The notes: generated from the sequence alone by a model not told the origin. A DNA stretch of 64,000 bases from Minisyncoccota bacterium (GCA_041650415.1 JBAZLC010000002.1:6896-70895), one strand, 5' to 3'; numbered from the stretch's first letter, positions 18,629-28,132 are shown. A program made the numbers and translations.

Positions 18629-18730
18629 TAAGAGGAGTCGGACGCCGGAGTCCCGCCTTAGCGGGACGAGGCGGTGCCCAGACCGAATCCCGCAAATGCG
18701 GGACGAGAGTCGCGGGCGGCTCCCCGTAAT
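18629..18730 (-). repeat. Inverted partial copy of the tRNA-Gly 3' end, split by a 78-nt hairpin insert
   Basis: TAAGAGGAGTCGGAC matches the tRNA reverse complement at 14/15. After the insert, CCCCGTAAT matches at 7/9. Confidence 0.7.
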
Positions 18731-18731
18731 T

Positions 18732-19655
18732 TTAATTTTTATTCTCTATTCTCAAATAAGAGTAAATATTCAATGCGGCTTTCATGCCATCACCCATGGC
18801 AATATTCCCTTGTTTGTAAAGCACGTCTGTAACGTCACCGGCAGCCCAAATTCCGTCGACAGAAGTTCTTTGGGTTTTAGGGTCAACAATGATTTCGCCA
18901 ACCTGATTGGTTTCAACCAAACCACTCACAATTTCATTATTCGCCATGCGGCTGATTGAAATGAAAATTCCCTCAACCGCCAATTCTTTCATTTCACCGC
19001 CTTCACAACTTTGATATTTCAATCCGGAGACCGCTTTATCGCCCAAAATTTCCGTTATTGATATTCCAGTGATTATTTCCGCCTTACCTGAATTCCTTAC
19101 CTTTTCCTGATTAACCTCGTCCGCTTTCAAAATTTTCGAGCGGTCCAAAATGTAAACCTTTGAAGCGTATTCTAAAAGACTTATTGCCGACTCAAAAGCC
19201 GAATTTCCGCCTCCGACAACCGCCACAGCCTTATTTTTCATTAATGGCGCATCACAAGTGGCGCAATAAAAGACTCCTCTGCCCTCTAATTCTTTTTCAC
19301 CAGGAACATTTAATTTCCGGTGACCGGAACCGGAAGCCACCAAAACCGTTTTTGAACCAAAAACTTCTCCCTTATCAGTTTCAACGGAAAAACCGCCGTC
19401 TTTTTTCGTTATTTTTGAAACCGCGATTTGTTTTATTTCAAGCTCTTCCTGATCTCTTAAATGCGATTCCAAATTTTTCGCCAAATTAAAACCGGAGACC
19501 GATTTGGTTCCGATAAAATTTTGGATGTCGCCCGCCATAATCCACTGCCCGCCGAAAGAATCGGCGATAACCAAGGTCTTTATTTTTTTTCTGGCAGCGA
19601 CTATCCCCGCCGAAATTGCCGCGGGACCGCCGCCGACTATTATCAATTCGTACAT
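18732..19655 (-). CDS. trxB: Thioredoxin reductase / AhpF C-terminal-like flavoprotein
   Basis: GGGPAA, YCATCD, VVGGGNSA, GIWAAGD. Confidence 0.9.
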   Translation of the reverse strand: MYELIIVGGGPAAISAGIVAARKKIKTLVIADSFGGQWIMAGDIQNFIGTKSVSGFNLAKNLESHLRDQEELEIKQIAVSKITKKDGGFSVETDKGEVFGSKTVLVASGSGHRKLNVPGEKELEGRGVFYCATCDAPLMKNKAVAVVGGGNSAFESAISLLEYASKVYILDRSKILKADEVNQEKVRNSGKAEIITGISITEILGDKAVSGLKYQSCEGGEMKELAVEGIFISISRMANNEIVSGLVETNQVGEIIVDPKTQRTSVDGIWAAGDVTDVLYKQGNIAMGDGMKAALNIYSYLRIENKN

Positions 19656-19658
19656 GTT

Positions 19659-19892
19659 TTATTTATTAAGATTCAAAGCTTTTTCTATTTCCGGCTTATT
19701 AAAGCCGACTATTATTTTGCCGTCTATGTCTATTACCGGAACGCCCATTTGGCCGGATTTTTCGACCATCTCTTTTCGAGCGGTTTCATCGCTCGCCACG
19801 TCGTAATTTTTATATTCAATCCCCTGTTCGTTTAAATATTCCTTTGCCATTTCGCAATACGGACAGGTTTGCGTGCTGTAAATTTTAACCAT
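19659..19892 (-). CDS. Glutaredoxin-like (NrdH/YruB) protein
   Basis: CPYC and SGQMGVPVIDI. Start moved to MVKIYS. Confidence 0.9.
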   Translation of the reverse strand: MVKIYSTQTCPYCEMAKEYLNEQGIEYKNYDVASDETARKEMVEKSGQMGVPVIDIDGKIIVGFNKPEIEKALNLNK

Positions 19893-19913
19893 TTTTATAT
19901 TTTGATAAAACAC

Positions 19914-20084
19914 CTATTGGGACGAGCTCTTCCCAAAAATTTCCCACAAAGAAACTATCAACATTAGCGCGCCGGCGATAATATTCCCCCATAAGGCTAC
20001 GTTTATTTCCGAGAAACCCAGAACCCAGGGCGAAACAAAAATCCAAACGCCCAATACCAGCTGAATCCAATTAAGATGTTTCAT
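19914..20084 (-). CDS. SPW-repeat membrane protein (56 aa, missed by the ORF track)
   Basis: Manual translation MKHLNWIQLVLGVWIFVSPWVLGFSEINVALWGNIIAGALMLIVSLW... Confidence 0.8.
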   Translation of the reverse strand: MKHLNWIQLVLGVWIFVSPWVLGFSEINVALWGNIIAGALMLIVSLWEIFGKSSSQ

Positions 20085-20156
20085 TTTTATTTTAATTTAA
20101 CCAAACGACCTTTAATTACTGATTGCCGAATAAATATTACAACTCAACGGGAAAAA

Positions 20157-20942
20157 TTACAACAAGGCATTTTTTATCTGCGGTAAATCTTCCGGATTTA
20201 TTTTAGCCAATGAATTTCCTTTAAAGCTCTGAATTATTTTTATGCCTTCTATGTCTATCGCCACCCTGTCTTCGGAGGCCAGAATCAAATCCGGCTCGCG
20301 GACAACGCCGCTCATCGGCCCGCCGGAAATAAAACATTTTCTCGCGTCCATAATAACCAAATCGGGATGGATTATTTTATTCAAATCGGCGATTTTTTCC
20401 TGAAGATTCATTAAGTGTAAAGGCACGCGCTGAGCCGGCTTCATAAAGCCAACCGAAATTTTTAAAGCTCCGGTAAATTGCGCCTGTTTATGAGTTTTAA
20501 GACATGGCAAAAGAATTAATTTGTCCGCTCTTCCTAAAATTTCCGGAATAGACACGCTTTTTAAATATTTAGCACCGGGAATTTCTTTTTTCACCCAAAC
20601 CTCGTCTTCAAAAACGTATATCCGTGGCGGAGTTTCCATTTTCAATAATTCAAAAACTCCGGCTTTCTCCATTATTTTTCTGGTATTAAACGTGACTGTT
20701 GAAGATTCCCCTATCATCGCCAGCTTGGCGCCAAAATCATAAACCAATTCAACGACGGCTTTCAAAAAATCAACGCTCGTCGAGGCGGGAGACGGGTCGG
20801 CGGTATTGTAATTCGGTTTCAAAAAAACCACGTCGCCCGTTTTAACGAATTTTTTAAACCCACCGATTTCATCAACCGATTTTAGAATTGCATCTTTGAG
20901 ATTAACGCTATCTTTTAAATTTATTTTTGAAACACTATTCAT
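20157..20942 (-). CDS. DUF362 family protein
   Basis: GDVVFLKPN, PCLKTH, FTGALK, SEDRVAID. Confidence 0.85.
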   Translation of the reverse strand: MNSVSKINLKDSVNLKDAILKSVDEIGGFKKFVKTGDVVFLKPNYNTADPSPASTSVDFLKAVVELVYDFGAKLAMIGESSTVTFNTRKIMEKAGVFELLKMETPPRIYVFEDEVWVKKEIPGAKYLKSVSIPEILGRADKLILLPCLKTHKQAQFTGALKISVGFMKPAQRVPLHLMNLQEKIADLNKIIHPDLVIMDARKCFISGGPMSGVVREPDLILASEDRVAIDIEGIKIIQSFKGNSLAKINPEDLPQIKNALL

Positions 20943-22176
20943 ATCTCAACGCCTCTATTGGGCTTTTCTTTGAAGCCTGGCGGGCCGGATAAAGCCCGAA
21001 AACCAAACCTATTAAAGCCGCTACTCCAAAACCCAATAATGCTCCGCTTAAAGGAAAAGCGAACTGCCAGTTTAAAGAAAGAACTTTTCCCAGAACAAAC
21101 GCCATAAGCGCCGCAAGCGATGAACCCAAAATTATACCTATTAAACCGCCGGCTCCCGTCAAAATAACAGCCTCTAAAAGAAACTGAAATAAGATATTTT
21201 TTTCCGTGGCGCCGATGGCCTTTCTCAAACCGATTTCCCGAGTTCTTTCGGTAACCGAAACGAGCATTATATTCATAATGCCCACTCCGCCGACCAAAAG
21301 AGAAATCGCGGCAACGGCAACCAAAAACAAAGTTATTATACTCATAACCGTTCCCACCATCTCCAATGCGTCGGCTTGGCTTGAAACGTTAAAATCGTCT
21401 TCTTCCGAACCGGTTATATCGTGAGAATTTCTTAGTGTCCTCTCAATATCTCCGACCGTCTGTTCAACATGAGCATCGGTATCCGCTTCTATTATAATGT
21501 GGTTAAAATATTTTATTCCCAAAATATATTGCTGAGCGGTCGTGTAAGGAACTACTATTGCCTCGTCAAAACTTATCAAACTGGCGCCTTTTTTCTCCAA
21601 GACCCCGATTACCCGAAAATTTTTTCCTTTTATTTTTACTTTTTCGCCAAGAACGTTTTCATTATTGACAAAAAGCTTTTCTTTTACTTTTGCCCCGATG
21701 ACAACGACATCGGCATAACTTTTCGCATCATCTTCCATTAAAAATCTGCCCTCACCAACCGTAAGATTATACATACTGCCGGCGGCATCCGTCATGCCAT
21801 AAAGAGTCGCCTGATATGTTTCGCTGCCGTAGGCCACGCTCTCACTGCCAAAAACCATAGGCATAAGCTTGTTTAAGTAAGGCACGTTGCCTTTTTGATT
21901 AAGCGCGTCAACGTCTTTTTGTTTTAACGAATCGGAAAACATGGACATAAAATCGGACGGTCCTTTCGGTTGCCTGCCGGGAGCTATTTCTATTACTCTT
22001 GAACTGACTTGCCCTTGTATTTGTCCCAGTATCAAATTCTGCATCCCTTCGCCAAGCGACATAACCAAAATAATCGACGTGATACCGATAACAATTCCAA
22101 GAATCGTCAGAGCCGAACGGGATTTATGCGTTTTAAGGCCAATGACGGCCGTTTTAAACGTATATCGCAATGTCAT
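20935..22176 (-). CDS. MacB-type ABC transporter permease
   Basis: LTILGIVIGI, GGVGIMNIMLVSVTERTREIGLRKAIGA, YPARQAS...PIEALRYE. Confidence 0.95.
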   Translation of the reverse strand: MTLRYTFKTAVIGLKTHKSRSALTILGIVIGITSIILVMSLGEGMQNLILGQIQGQVSSRVIEIAPGRQPKGPSDFMSMFSDSLKQKDVDALNQKGNVPYLNKLMPMVFGSESVAYGSETYQATLYGMTDAAGSMYNLTVGEGRFLMEDDAKSYADVVVIGAKVKEKLFVNNENVLGEKVKIKGKNFRVIGVLEKKGASLISFDEAIVVPYTTAQQYILGIKYFNHIIIEADTDAHVEQTVGDIERTLRNSHDITGSEEDDFNVSSQADALEMVGTVMSIITLFLVAVAAISLLVGGVGIMNIMLVSVTERTREIGLRKAIGATEKNILFQFLLEAVILTGAGGLIGIILGSSLAALMAFVLGKVLSLNWQFAFPLSGALLGFGVAALIGLVFGLYPARQASKKSPIEALRYE

Positions 22177-22180
22177 AAAA

Positions 22181-22903
22181 TTATTTCATAAAATGATCTT
22201 TGCCGCTCCTTCTATGGTCGTGGTCAACCGCTTTATCACTTTCAATTTTACCGTCTTTCAAATGAATAATCCTTTGGCTGTATTCGGCGGTATAAGTTTC
22301 GTGAGTAATTAGAATTACCGTGTGTCCCATGGAATTAAGTTTTTCCAGAAATTCCATAATTTGCCCGCCGGATTTCGAATCCAAATTTCCCGTCGGCTCA
22401 TCGGCAAAAATAACTTGCGGTGAATTAACCAAAGCGCGTGCTATTGCCGTTCTTTGTTTTTCGCCGCCCGAAAGCTGGGAAGAAAGATGGTTGGCTCGAT
22501 GAGCCAGACCCACCATTTCAATCGCGTCCATGGCGATTCTGTCCCATGAATGCTCCTTAATTTTCGAATAAAAAAGCGGCAATTTCACGTTCTCGAGAAC
22601 CGTTGTTCTGGGAAGCAAATTGAACGACTGAAAAATAAATCCCATTTCTTTATTGCGGACATGAGCGAGTTCTTCTTTTGAATAATCATCCATTTTTTTT
22701 CCGCCAAAAAAATACTCTCCGCTTGTTTGGCTGTCTAAAAAGCCAAGTATATGAAGAAGTGTTGATTTACCCGAACCGCTCGGACCCATAATCGCCACAA
22801 ATTCTCCCTGCTCTATACCAAAAGAAATATCGCAAAGCGCAGGCGTTTCAACATCGTCGTCAGAGTACGATTTATTTATATTTTTTAATTCTATTAAAGG
22901 CAT
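22181..22903 (-). CDS. MacB/LolD-type ABC ATPase
   Basis: GPSGSGKST, LSGGEKQR, ADEPTGNLD. Confidence 0.95.
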   Translation of the reverse strand: MPLIELKNINKSYSDDDVETPALCDISFGIEQGEFVAIMGPSGSGKSTLLHILGFLDSQTSGEYFFGGKKMDDYSKEELAHVRNKEMGFIFQSFNLLPRTTVLENVKLPLFYSKIKEHSWDRIAMDAIEMVGLAHRANHLSSQLSGGEKQRTAIARALVNSPQVIFADEPTGNLDSKSGGQIMEFLEKLNSMGHTVILITHETYTAEYSQRIIHLKDGKIESDKAVDHDHRRSGKDHFMK

Positions 22904-22915
22904 CTTTAGGTATAA

Positions 22916-24475
22916 CTATTTAACCGAGCCGGAAGCGGATATTTTTTCACCTTCATTAAGGCCGGAAACAACTTCAATATTGCCGTCAATTCCCCGAAGC
23001 CCGGTTTCTATTTTCCGTTTTTCAAGATTTGGAGTTCCATTATCTACCATTACGAATCTTTCCGTTCCTTCGGAAATAACGGCTCTTTGTGGAATAACCA
23101 AAACATTTTCACGCCTATCCGTTGAAATATCTATATTCGCCGTCATGCCCGATTTTATCCTATCGTCGTTTTTATCAAACTGGAAAGTCGTCTTGTAAGT
23201 CGCCACTCCCTCGACAATTGTTTCCGACGGGTCTATTTTAACCACTTTCGCTCCAAAAACAACGTCATCACCGTAAGCGTCGAGAGTAACCTTAGCTGAA
23301 TCACCGATTTTAACTTTGGCAATATCGGCTTCGGGAATTTTTGATTCTATCTCAAATTGGTTCCCGCTCATTACCGAGACTATTATCACGTTAGCCGAAA
23401 CAATTTCGCCTATTTTGGCTTCTTGCGCCGTTACCGTTCCGCTTATCGGCGAACGAAGAATTGTTTTATCCATTTGAACCTGATAATTCAAAATGTCCGC
23501 CCGGGCTTTTTCAACCTGAGCCTCTTGAGCGTTTATTTCTTCAACCGTTGAACCGGCTATTTCCAAATTTAATTCTTGTTGAGCCAAAGACAAAGCCGAT
23601 TGGGCATTTTTATAACTCGTTTCAGCAGTTGAAATGCTGTCTATCGCGGTGTTAATATTTGTTCTCGCCGCCGAAACTCCCGCTTTCCAGCTATCTATTG
23701 TAGTCTGCGAAATACTGGCGCCGGCGTTAAGCCCGTTCAAAGCCGAATTTGCTTTGTCTAAAAACACGCTTGCCTTATTAAGATTATTTCTGGCTTCCGT
23801 GATGTACGACGCTAAATTAGAATCAACCGTTATTTTTATCAGAGACAAATTCCAAGAAATCAACGCTTCTTCCATGGCCAACCTTTGATTTTCGATATCT
23901 ATTTTAAGCTGGCTGTCTGAAACGTAAAAATTAAGCTGAGGCGCGGGAATAGCCGGCGTCTTAAAGAAGCTATCCGCCTTATTACGAATAGCATCATCGC
24001 AAGTGGTATAAGAATTCTTTATTTTTTCGACGAGAGTTTTTTTGGATTCATCCAAAACCGTTTTGGCGTTATCAACCTTCGTCTGGCTAATTATTAATTC
24101 CTCTTCTCTGGTACCGCGAATTAATTCATTAAGCTCAGCCTCCTGGGTTTTTAAAGTCGCCTTTGCACCGGCAAGTTTAGCGTAAACTTCGGAATCATCA
24201 AGTTGAATAAGTGCCTGACCCGAGACAACCATATCGCCGACTTCGGTGTAAATTTTTGAAACTTTTCCTCCGGTTTCAAAAGCCAAGTCGACGTTTTCCG
24301 AAGACTTAACGCTTCCGGTAACGCTTACTTCTTGAAATATATTTCCAAGCTTGGCTTCAACCGTTTCGATTCCCGAACCAGTTTTGCGGTTAAGATAAAA
24401 ATAACCGCTTATCGCCAAAACCACGACTAAGATTACTATAATTAAAGTTTTTCGTTTTTTGATAAAATTTTTCAT
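22916..24475 (-). CDS. MacA-like efflux adaptor with a long coiled-coil hairpin
   Basis: N-terminal TM, LAFETGGKV, LRSPISGTV, IKSGMTA. Confidence 0.9.
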   Translation of the reverse strand: MKNFIKKRKTLIIVILVVVLAISGYFYLNRKTGSGIETVEAKLGNIFQEVSVTGSVKSSENVDLAFETGGKVSKIYTEVGDMVVSGQALIQLDDSEVYAKLAGAKATLKTQEAELNELIRGTREEELIISQTKVDNAKTVLDESKKTLVEKIKNSYTTCDDAIRNKADSFFKTPAIPAPQLNFYVSDSQLKIDIENQRLAMEEALISWNLSLIKITVDSNLASYITEARNNLNKASVFLDKANSALNGLNAGASISQTTIDSWKAGVSAARTNINTAIDSISTAETSYKNAQSALSLAQQELNLEIAGSTVEEINAQEAQVEKARADILNYQVQMDKTILRSPISGTVTAQEAKIGEIVSANVIIVSVMSGNQFEIESKIPEADIAKVKIGDSAKVTLDAYGDDVVFGAKVVKIDPSETIVEGVATYKTTFQFDKNDDRIKSGMTANIDISTDRRENVLVIPQRAVISEGTERFVMVDNGTPNLEKRKIETGLRGIDGNIEVVSGLNEGEKISASGSVK

Positions 24476-24870
24476 TCGCTTGTTACTCCGTCAAATTCAG
24501 GCGAATCGGCCTCCGCCTCTTGTTTAGTCGATCGCACAACGCCATCTTTATGATGAGCCGGCGAATAAATCGTGTAGAGCTTTAAATCATCCGTATCGGA
24601 AATATTAATAATGTTATGTTCAGCTCCAGCAGGAACGATAATCACCGTACCGTCGCTTAATTCGTATTCGTTGCCGTCAATAATACATTTTCCCAAACCT
24701 TTTTCAAAGCGGAAAAATTGGTCGTTGTCCGCATGCACCTCCATGCCAATCTCTTCCTTGGGTTTTAAACTCATTAACACCAACTGGCTGTGCTTTCCCG
24801 TATATAATACCTTGCGAAAATTATTATTTCCCAATGTATCTTTTTCTATATTTGTAAAAAATCCTTTCAT
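24472..24870 (-). CDS. Cupin domain protein
   Basis: EIGMEVH...DQFFRFEKG, VPAGAEHNIIN, KLYTIYSPAHH. Confidence 0.9.
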   Translation of the reverse strand: MKGFFTNIEKDTLGNNNFRKVLYTGKHSQLVLMSLKPKEEIGMEVHADNDQFFRFEKGLGKCIIDGNEYELSDGTVIIVPAGAEHNIINISDTDDLKLYTIYSPAHHKDGVVRSTKQEAEADSPEFDGVTSE

Positions 24871-24895
24871 GTTTTTATATTAAATTAATCTATTT

Positions 24896-25387
24896 TTATT
24901 TCGACTTTTTTAATTTTTTATTGTTTATTTTATCAATATATTTAGCCAAAAGCCAAGAACTGGACTGAACTTTTCCTCCGCGACCCATATTATTGACTAT
25001 CTTGCAACCGATTTTTTCACAGACCGCCGATTCTATCGTTGGAATATTTTTCGCATTCCTGTCTCCGCCTTTGGCGAAAATGTCGGGTTTTACTTCCATC
25101 AACGCTTTGCCTATGCTGATATCCTTTGTCCCCGGCTTATGTTTTGTTAATACAACTTTATCAACGGCTCTAAATGCTTCCAATATTTCTTTTCTTTCTT
25201 TTTGAGGCATAAAAAAATATCCCTTTTTTAACTTCAACCAATTATCGTTGTTTAAAATAACAACTAATTTATCGCCAAGTTTTTTTGCCTCTTTAAACAT
25301 TCTCACATGGCCGACATGAACCGGGTCAAATCCCCCGCTAACGGCAACCACTTTCGGCTTTTTGGTCGATTTTATTTTTTTTACCAT
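24896..25387 (-). CDS. Cytidylyl/adenylyltransferase (TagD/RibL-like)
   Basis: GGFDPVHVGH (HxGH), KGGDR, KVQSSS. Confidence 0.9.
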   Translation of the reverse strand: MVKKIKSTKKPKVVAVSGGFDPVHVGHVRMFKEAKKLGDKLVVILNNDNWLKLKKGYFFMPQKERKEILEAFRAVDKVVLTKHKPGTKDISIGKALMEVKPDIFAKGGDRNAKNIPTIESAVCEKIGCKIVNNMGRGGKVQSSSWLLAKYIDKINNKKLKKSK

Positions 25388-25397
25388 TACTTTGAAT

Positions 25398-25817
25398 TTA
25401 ATTTAATCCGTGCTCGTTGAAAAACTTCGTGTATAATTTATCAACTACCATAATGTGCGCCAAAAGCCAGTTGCCGGAATACGCGGCCATTTCTTCCGCC
25501 AATTTTTTAATATCGATGAGCGGATCGGCCATCTTTCTGAAGTATTCTCCCACGGCTTCGCGATATTCATTGTGTGCGTTTATGTGAAGAGGCGCGTCCT
25601 GATATTTAAATTTGTCAAAATAACTTTCTTCGGTACTTAAATGGTAAAAAGCATAATCGCCAAGCTCTTGCAAGCTTTTAACAGCCTCTTCTTTCGCTAA
25701 ATTTTCTTTCGCCGTCAAATCGATAATCCCATTCGCGATTTCAAAGAAATGCTTGTGTTGTTCATCTATTTCTTTTATCCCGACGCTGTATTTTTCTTCC
25801 CAAATAAATTTTTCCAT
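25398..25817 (-). CDS. Single-domain bacteriohemerythrin
   Basis: YSVG...IDEQHK, HLSTEE, HINAH, WLLAHIMVVD. Confidence 0.9.
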   Translation of the reverse strand: MEKFIWEEKYSVGIKEIDEQHKHFFEIANGIIDLTAKENLAKEEAVKSLQELGDYAFYHLSTEESYFDKFKYQDAPLHINAHNEYREAVGEYFRKMADPLIDIKKLAEEMAAYSGNWLLAHIMVVDKLYTKFFNEHGLN

Positions 25818-25818
25818 T

Positions 25819-25962
25819 TTACTTTTTAATTAATTCATAAACTCCCAAGCCGACCAAAAAAACAAGGGCTATTATTGTTGAAACTATCGGCTCAAGCATG
25901 GCGGTAAATAAAACCAAAAGCGCCGCCAAAATCGAAACTACGCCTTCTATTTTATTAGCCAT
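25819..25962 (-). CDS. Small two-TM protein (47 aa, missed by the ORF track)
   Basis: MANKIEGVVSILAALLVLFTAMLEPIVSTIIALVFLVGLGVYELIKK; TATAAT 6 nt upstream; stop abuts the hemerythrin start. Confidence 0.65.
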   Translation of the reverse strand: MANKIEGVVSILAALLVLFTAMLEPIVSTIIALVFLVGLGVYELIKK

Positions 25963-25987
25963 GACCTAATTATACAGCTCTGGAAAT

Positions 25988-26476
25988 TTACCGCAACTCA
26001 AAATCCGCCTTATCGCCTATTTTTACGCCAATTTCATCAGCCTTTCCGCCATTTACCTCCAAAACGTACTTCGCCGCCTTGTCGGGAGAAATGGACGGAC
26101 AATAAAGAGTTTCGCACGGCTGGACGTTTTTAGCGATATAAACGGCTTCTTTGCCGCCGCTCAGCCAAATTATATCAAGCGGAATAAGCGTATTTTTCAT
26201 CCAAAAAGAGTGCTTATTCTCGTCCAAAAACACAAATAGCATTCCTCCATTTTCTTCCAAAGCTTTTCTAAACATTAAGCCCCTCATCAACACTGGAAAA
26301 GAAGAAGCTATTTCCGCGTTAAAACAATTTTTACCAAAGCAAACCGGAGCGAATTTTGCCTCACCGGAAATCTGTTTGTTATCCGAAAAATACGCAAAAA
26401 CAGACACAAACACAAGAGCAATAAAAACAAAAATAATAATGGATAAAATCATTAATAAAAAATGTTTAATTTTCAT
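25988..26476 (-). CDS. DUF192 family protein
   Basis: RGLMFR, GGMLFVF, FWMKNTLIPLDIIW, YVLEVNGG. Start moved to MKIKHF. Confidence 0.9.
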   Translation of the reverse strand: MKIKHFLLMILSIIIFVFIALVFVSVFAYFSDNKQISGEAKFAPVCFGKNCFNAEIASSFPVLMRGLMFRKALEENGGMLFVFLDENKHSFWMKNTLIPLDIIWLSGGKEAVYIAKNVQPCETLYCPSISPDKAAKYVLEVNGGKADEIGVKIGDKADFELR

Positions 26477-26490
26477 AAACAAAAATAATC

Positions 26491-26558
26491 GTCCACCCGC
26501 CGCTCCGAAAATCAGTTCGGCGCGGCGAGTGGATGCCCGAAATTTTCGGTAATCCACT
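26491..26558. repeat. GC-rich intergenic palindromic element
   Basis: TCCACCCGCCGCTCCGAA...TTCGGCGCGGCGAGTGGA plus CCGAAATTTTCGG. Confidence 0.6.
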
Positions 26559-26566
26559 TTCTAAAA

Positions 26567-26776
26567 CTATTTTCGCGCCAATTTGCCGCAAATAATTAAA
26601 AGATAAATCGCGGCCAAACCGACCAAAGCGTAAACAACACGCGAAACCACCGACATATCGCCAAACAAAGCCGCTACTAAATCAAACTTCAAAATTCCCA
26701 CCAATCCCCAATTCAATCCGCCGACAATCGCCAAAACCAAAGCGGTCCAATCAAGAGCGTTTAAATTTTTTATCAT
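26567..26776 (-). CDS. DUF378 family membrane protein
   Basis: IVGGLNWGLVG...FDLVAALFG...YALVGLAA. Confidence 0.9.
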   Translation of the reverse strand: MIKNLNALDWTALVLAIVGGLNWGLVGILKFDLVAALFGDMSVVSRVVYALVGLAAIYLLIICGKLARK

Positions 26777-26820
26777 GTTTTAATTGGCAATCCGATGTTA
26801 ATAATTTCGACCTTTAAAAT

Positions 26821-27300
26821 TTAATAATTTAATTGCCAGATGGAAAAATTTAAAACCGAAGCGAATGAAACCCAAAAAAGATATGGTAACAAAAGCCAAC
26901 CGGCCGATTTTTTAATTTTCCAAAAAAGAATCAGATTTGCCAAAATTAAAACCCAAAGCAAAACAATTTCGGCAAAGGCCCAGAATGGGTTTTTTAACCC
27001 GAAAAACAAAACTGACCACAAAACATTTAACGCAAGCTGCGCCGCAAAAACCGAAATCGCGATTTTCTTTTTTTTATTTTCAATTTCGCTCTGCCAAACC
27101 AGATACAGAGCCAACCCCATAAAAATATAAAGCAATGTCCAAACAGGGCCGAAAATCCAGCCCGGCGGATTAAAAGACGGCTTTATTAATTCCTGATACC
27201 AGGAACTTACCGTAGACGCCGTAAAAAATGAACCAATAAAACCAGCCAATAAAGGCAAAAGAATCGAAACTCCGAATTTAACTTTTTTTAGAAGAACCAT
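26821..27300 (-). CDS. tspO: TspO/MBR tryptophan-rich sensory protein
   Basis: WYQELIKPSFNPPGWIFGPVWTLLY, LNVLWS, LLPYLFWVSFA. Confidence 0.95.
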   Translation of the reverse strand: MVLLKKVKFGVSILLPLLAGFIGSFFTASTVSSWYQELIKPSFNPPGWIFGPVWTLLYIFMGLALYLVWQSEIENKKKKIAISVFAAQLALNVLWSVLFFGLKNPFWAFAEIVLLWVLILANLILFWKIKKSAGWLLLPYLFWVSFASVLNFSIWQLNY

Positions 27301-27322
27301 TTATTTCCTAAATTATAGCAGT

Positions 27323-28132
27323 TTAACTATCCAACGCCAAATCCAAGAAAACGTCTTCGTAATCAAACTTACCTGACTTTACCAAAACATCGCAATCAGC
27401 CAGTTTTTTCACTAAATCCCTGGATAAATACCTTGAAGCGGCCATAAAATTGAAGACTTTTGCCGGCTCTTCCTGCCCCAGTAATAATTTTTCCAAATTC
27501 ACGATTTTTTGACTGGGAGATGAATTTCTGGCAATGGAATTTATAAAATCGAAAATATTCGGCGCCTCATAAGAATAATCTCCCATATTTTTAACGTCTG
27601 AAGCGCTGATTTCCGTTTTATTTCCTGCTCGCCACAAAATCAGTTTTTCCAATTCATTCATAAAGCCCCAGGTATCGCCTTTGAAATTTCTGACCAATAA
27701 ATTCAGAGCTGGGTCGGAAATTAAAACTCCCCTATTTTGAATTTCTTTTTGCGCGAAAAATTTCAACTTTTCCGCGTTAAGTTCGTCGAATTTTTCGGTC
27801 AAAAACGCTTTTTTAAGCAAATTTTCAAATTCATCGGGAACCGAATTTTCGGAAATTAAAATCGTCAGATTTTCCGAATTCAAATAATTTTTAAGAAACT
27901 CTTTTATTTTATCCGAATCGGCTTCGGAGATATTTTTTAAAACCGCCAATTTCTTAGTATCGAAAATCGACATTTGGCCGGCAAAATCTTTTAATCTTTC
28001 AAATTCTCCTTCTTCTTCCAAATCAAAATTCTCCAAGGACATGCCTGAATGTTTTTGTTTGTATTCTTCAACTATCTTATTAAGTTTTCTCTGCCTCCGG
28101 TATGAATCGGGGCCGTATAATAAAATAATCAT
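27323..28132 (-). CDS. holA: DNA polymerase III delta subunit
   Basis: MIILLYGPDSY, SIFDTKKLAVL, NELEKL. Start chosen for an ATGA overlap with mutM. Confidence 0.8.
   Translation of the reverse strand: MIILLYGPDSYRRQRKLNKIVEEYKQKHSGMSLENFDLEEEGEFERLKDFAGQMSIFDTKKLAVLKNISEADSDKIKEFLKNYLNSENLTILISENSVPDEFENLLKKAFLTEKFDELNAEKLKFFAQKEIQNRGVLISDPALNLLVRNFKGDTWGFMNELEKLILWRAGNKTEISASDVKNMGDYSYEAPNIFDFINSIARNSSPSQKIVNLEKLLLGQEEPAKVFNFMAASRYLSRDLVKKLADCDVLVKSGKFDYEDVFLDLALDS

Noticed and set aside
18606-18959. 117-aa + strand ORF
   Set aside because: It runs through the palindromic element and antisense to trxB, with no protein-like features.
19885-20070. 61-aa ORF from the track
   Set aside because: Wrong frame; the SPW protein at 19914-20084 is the credible gene.
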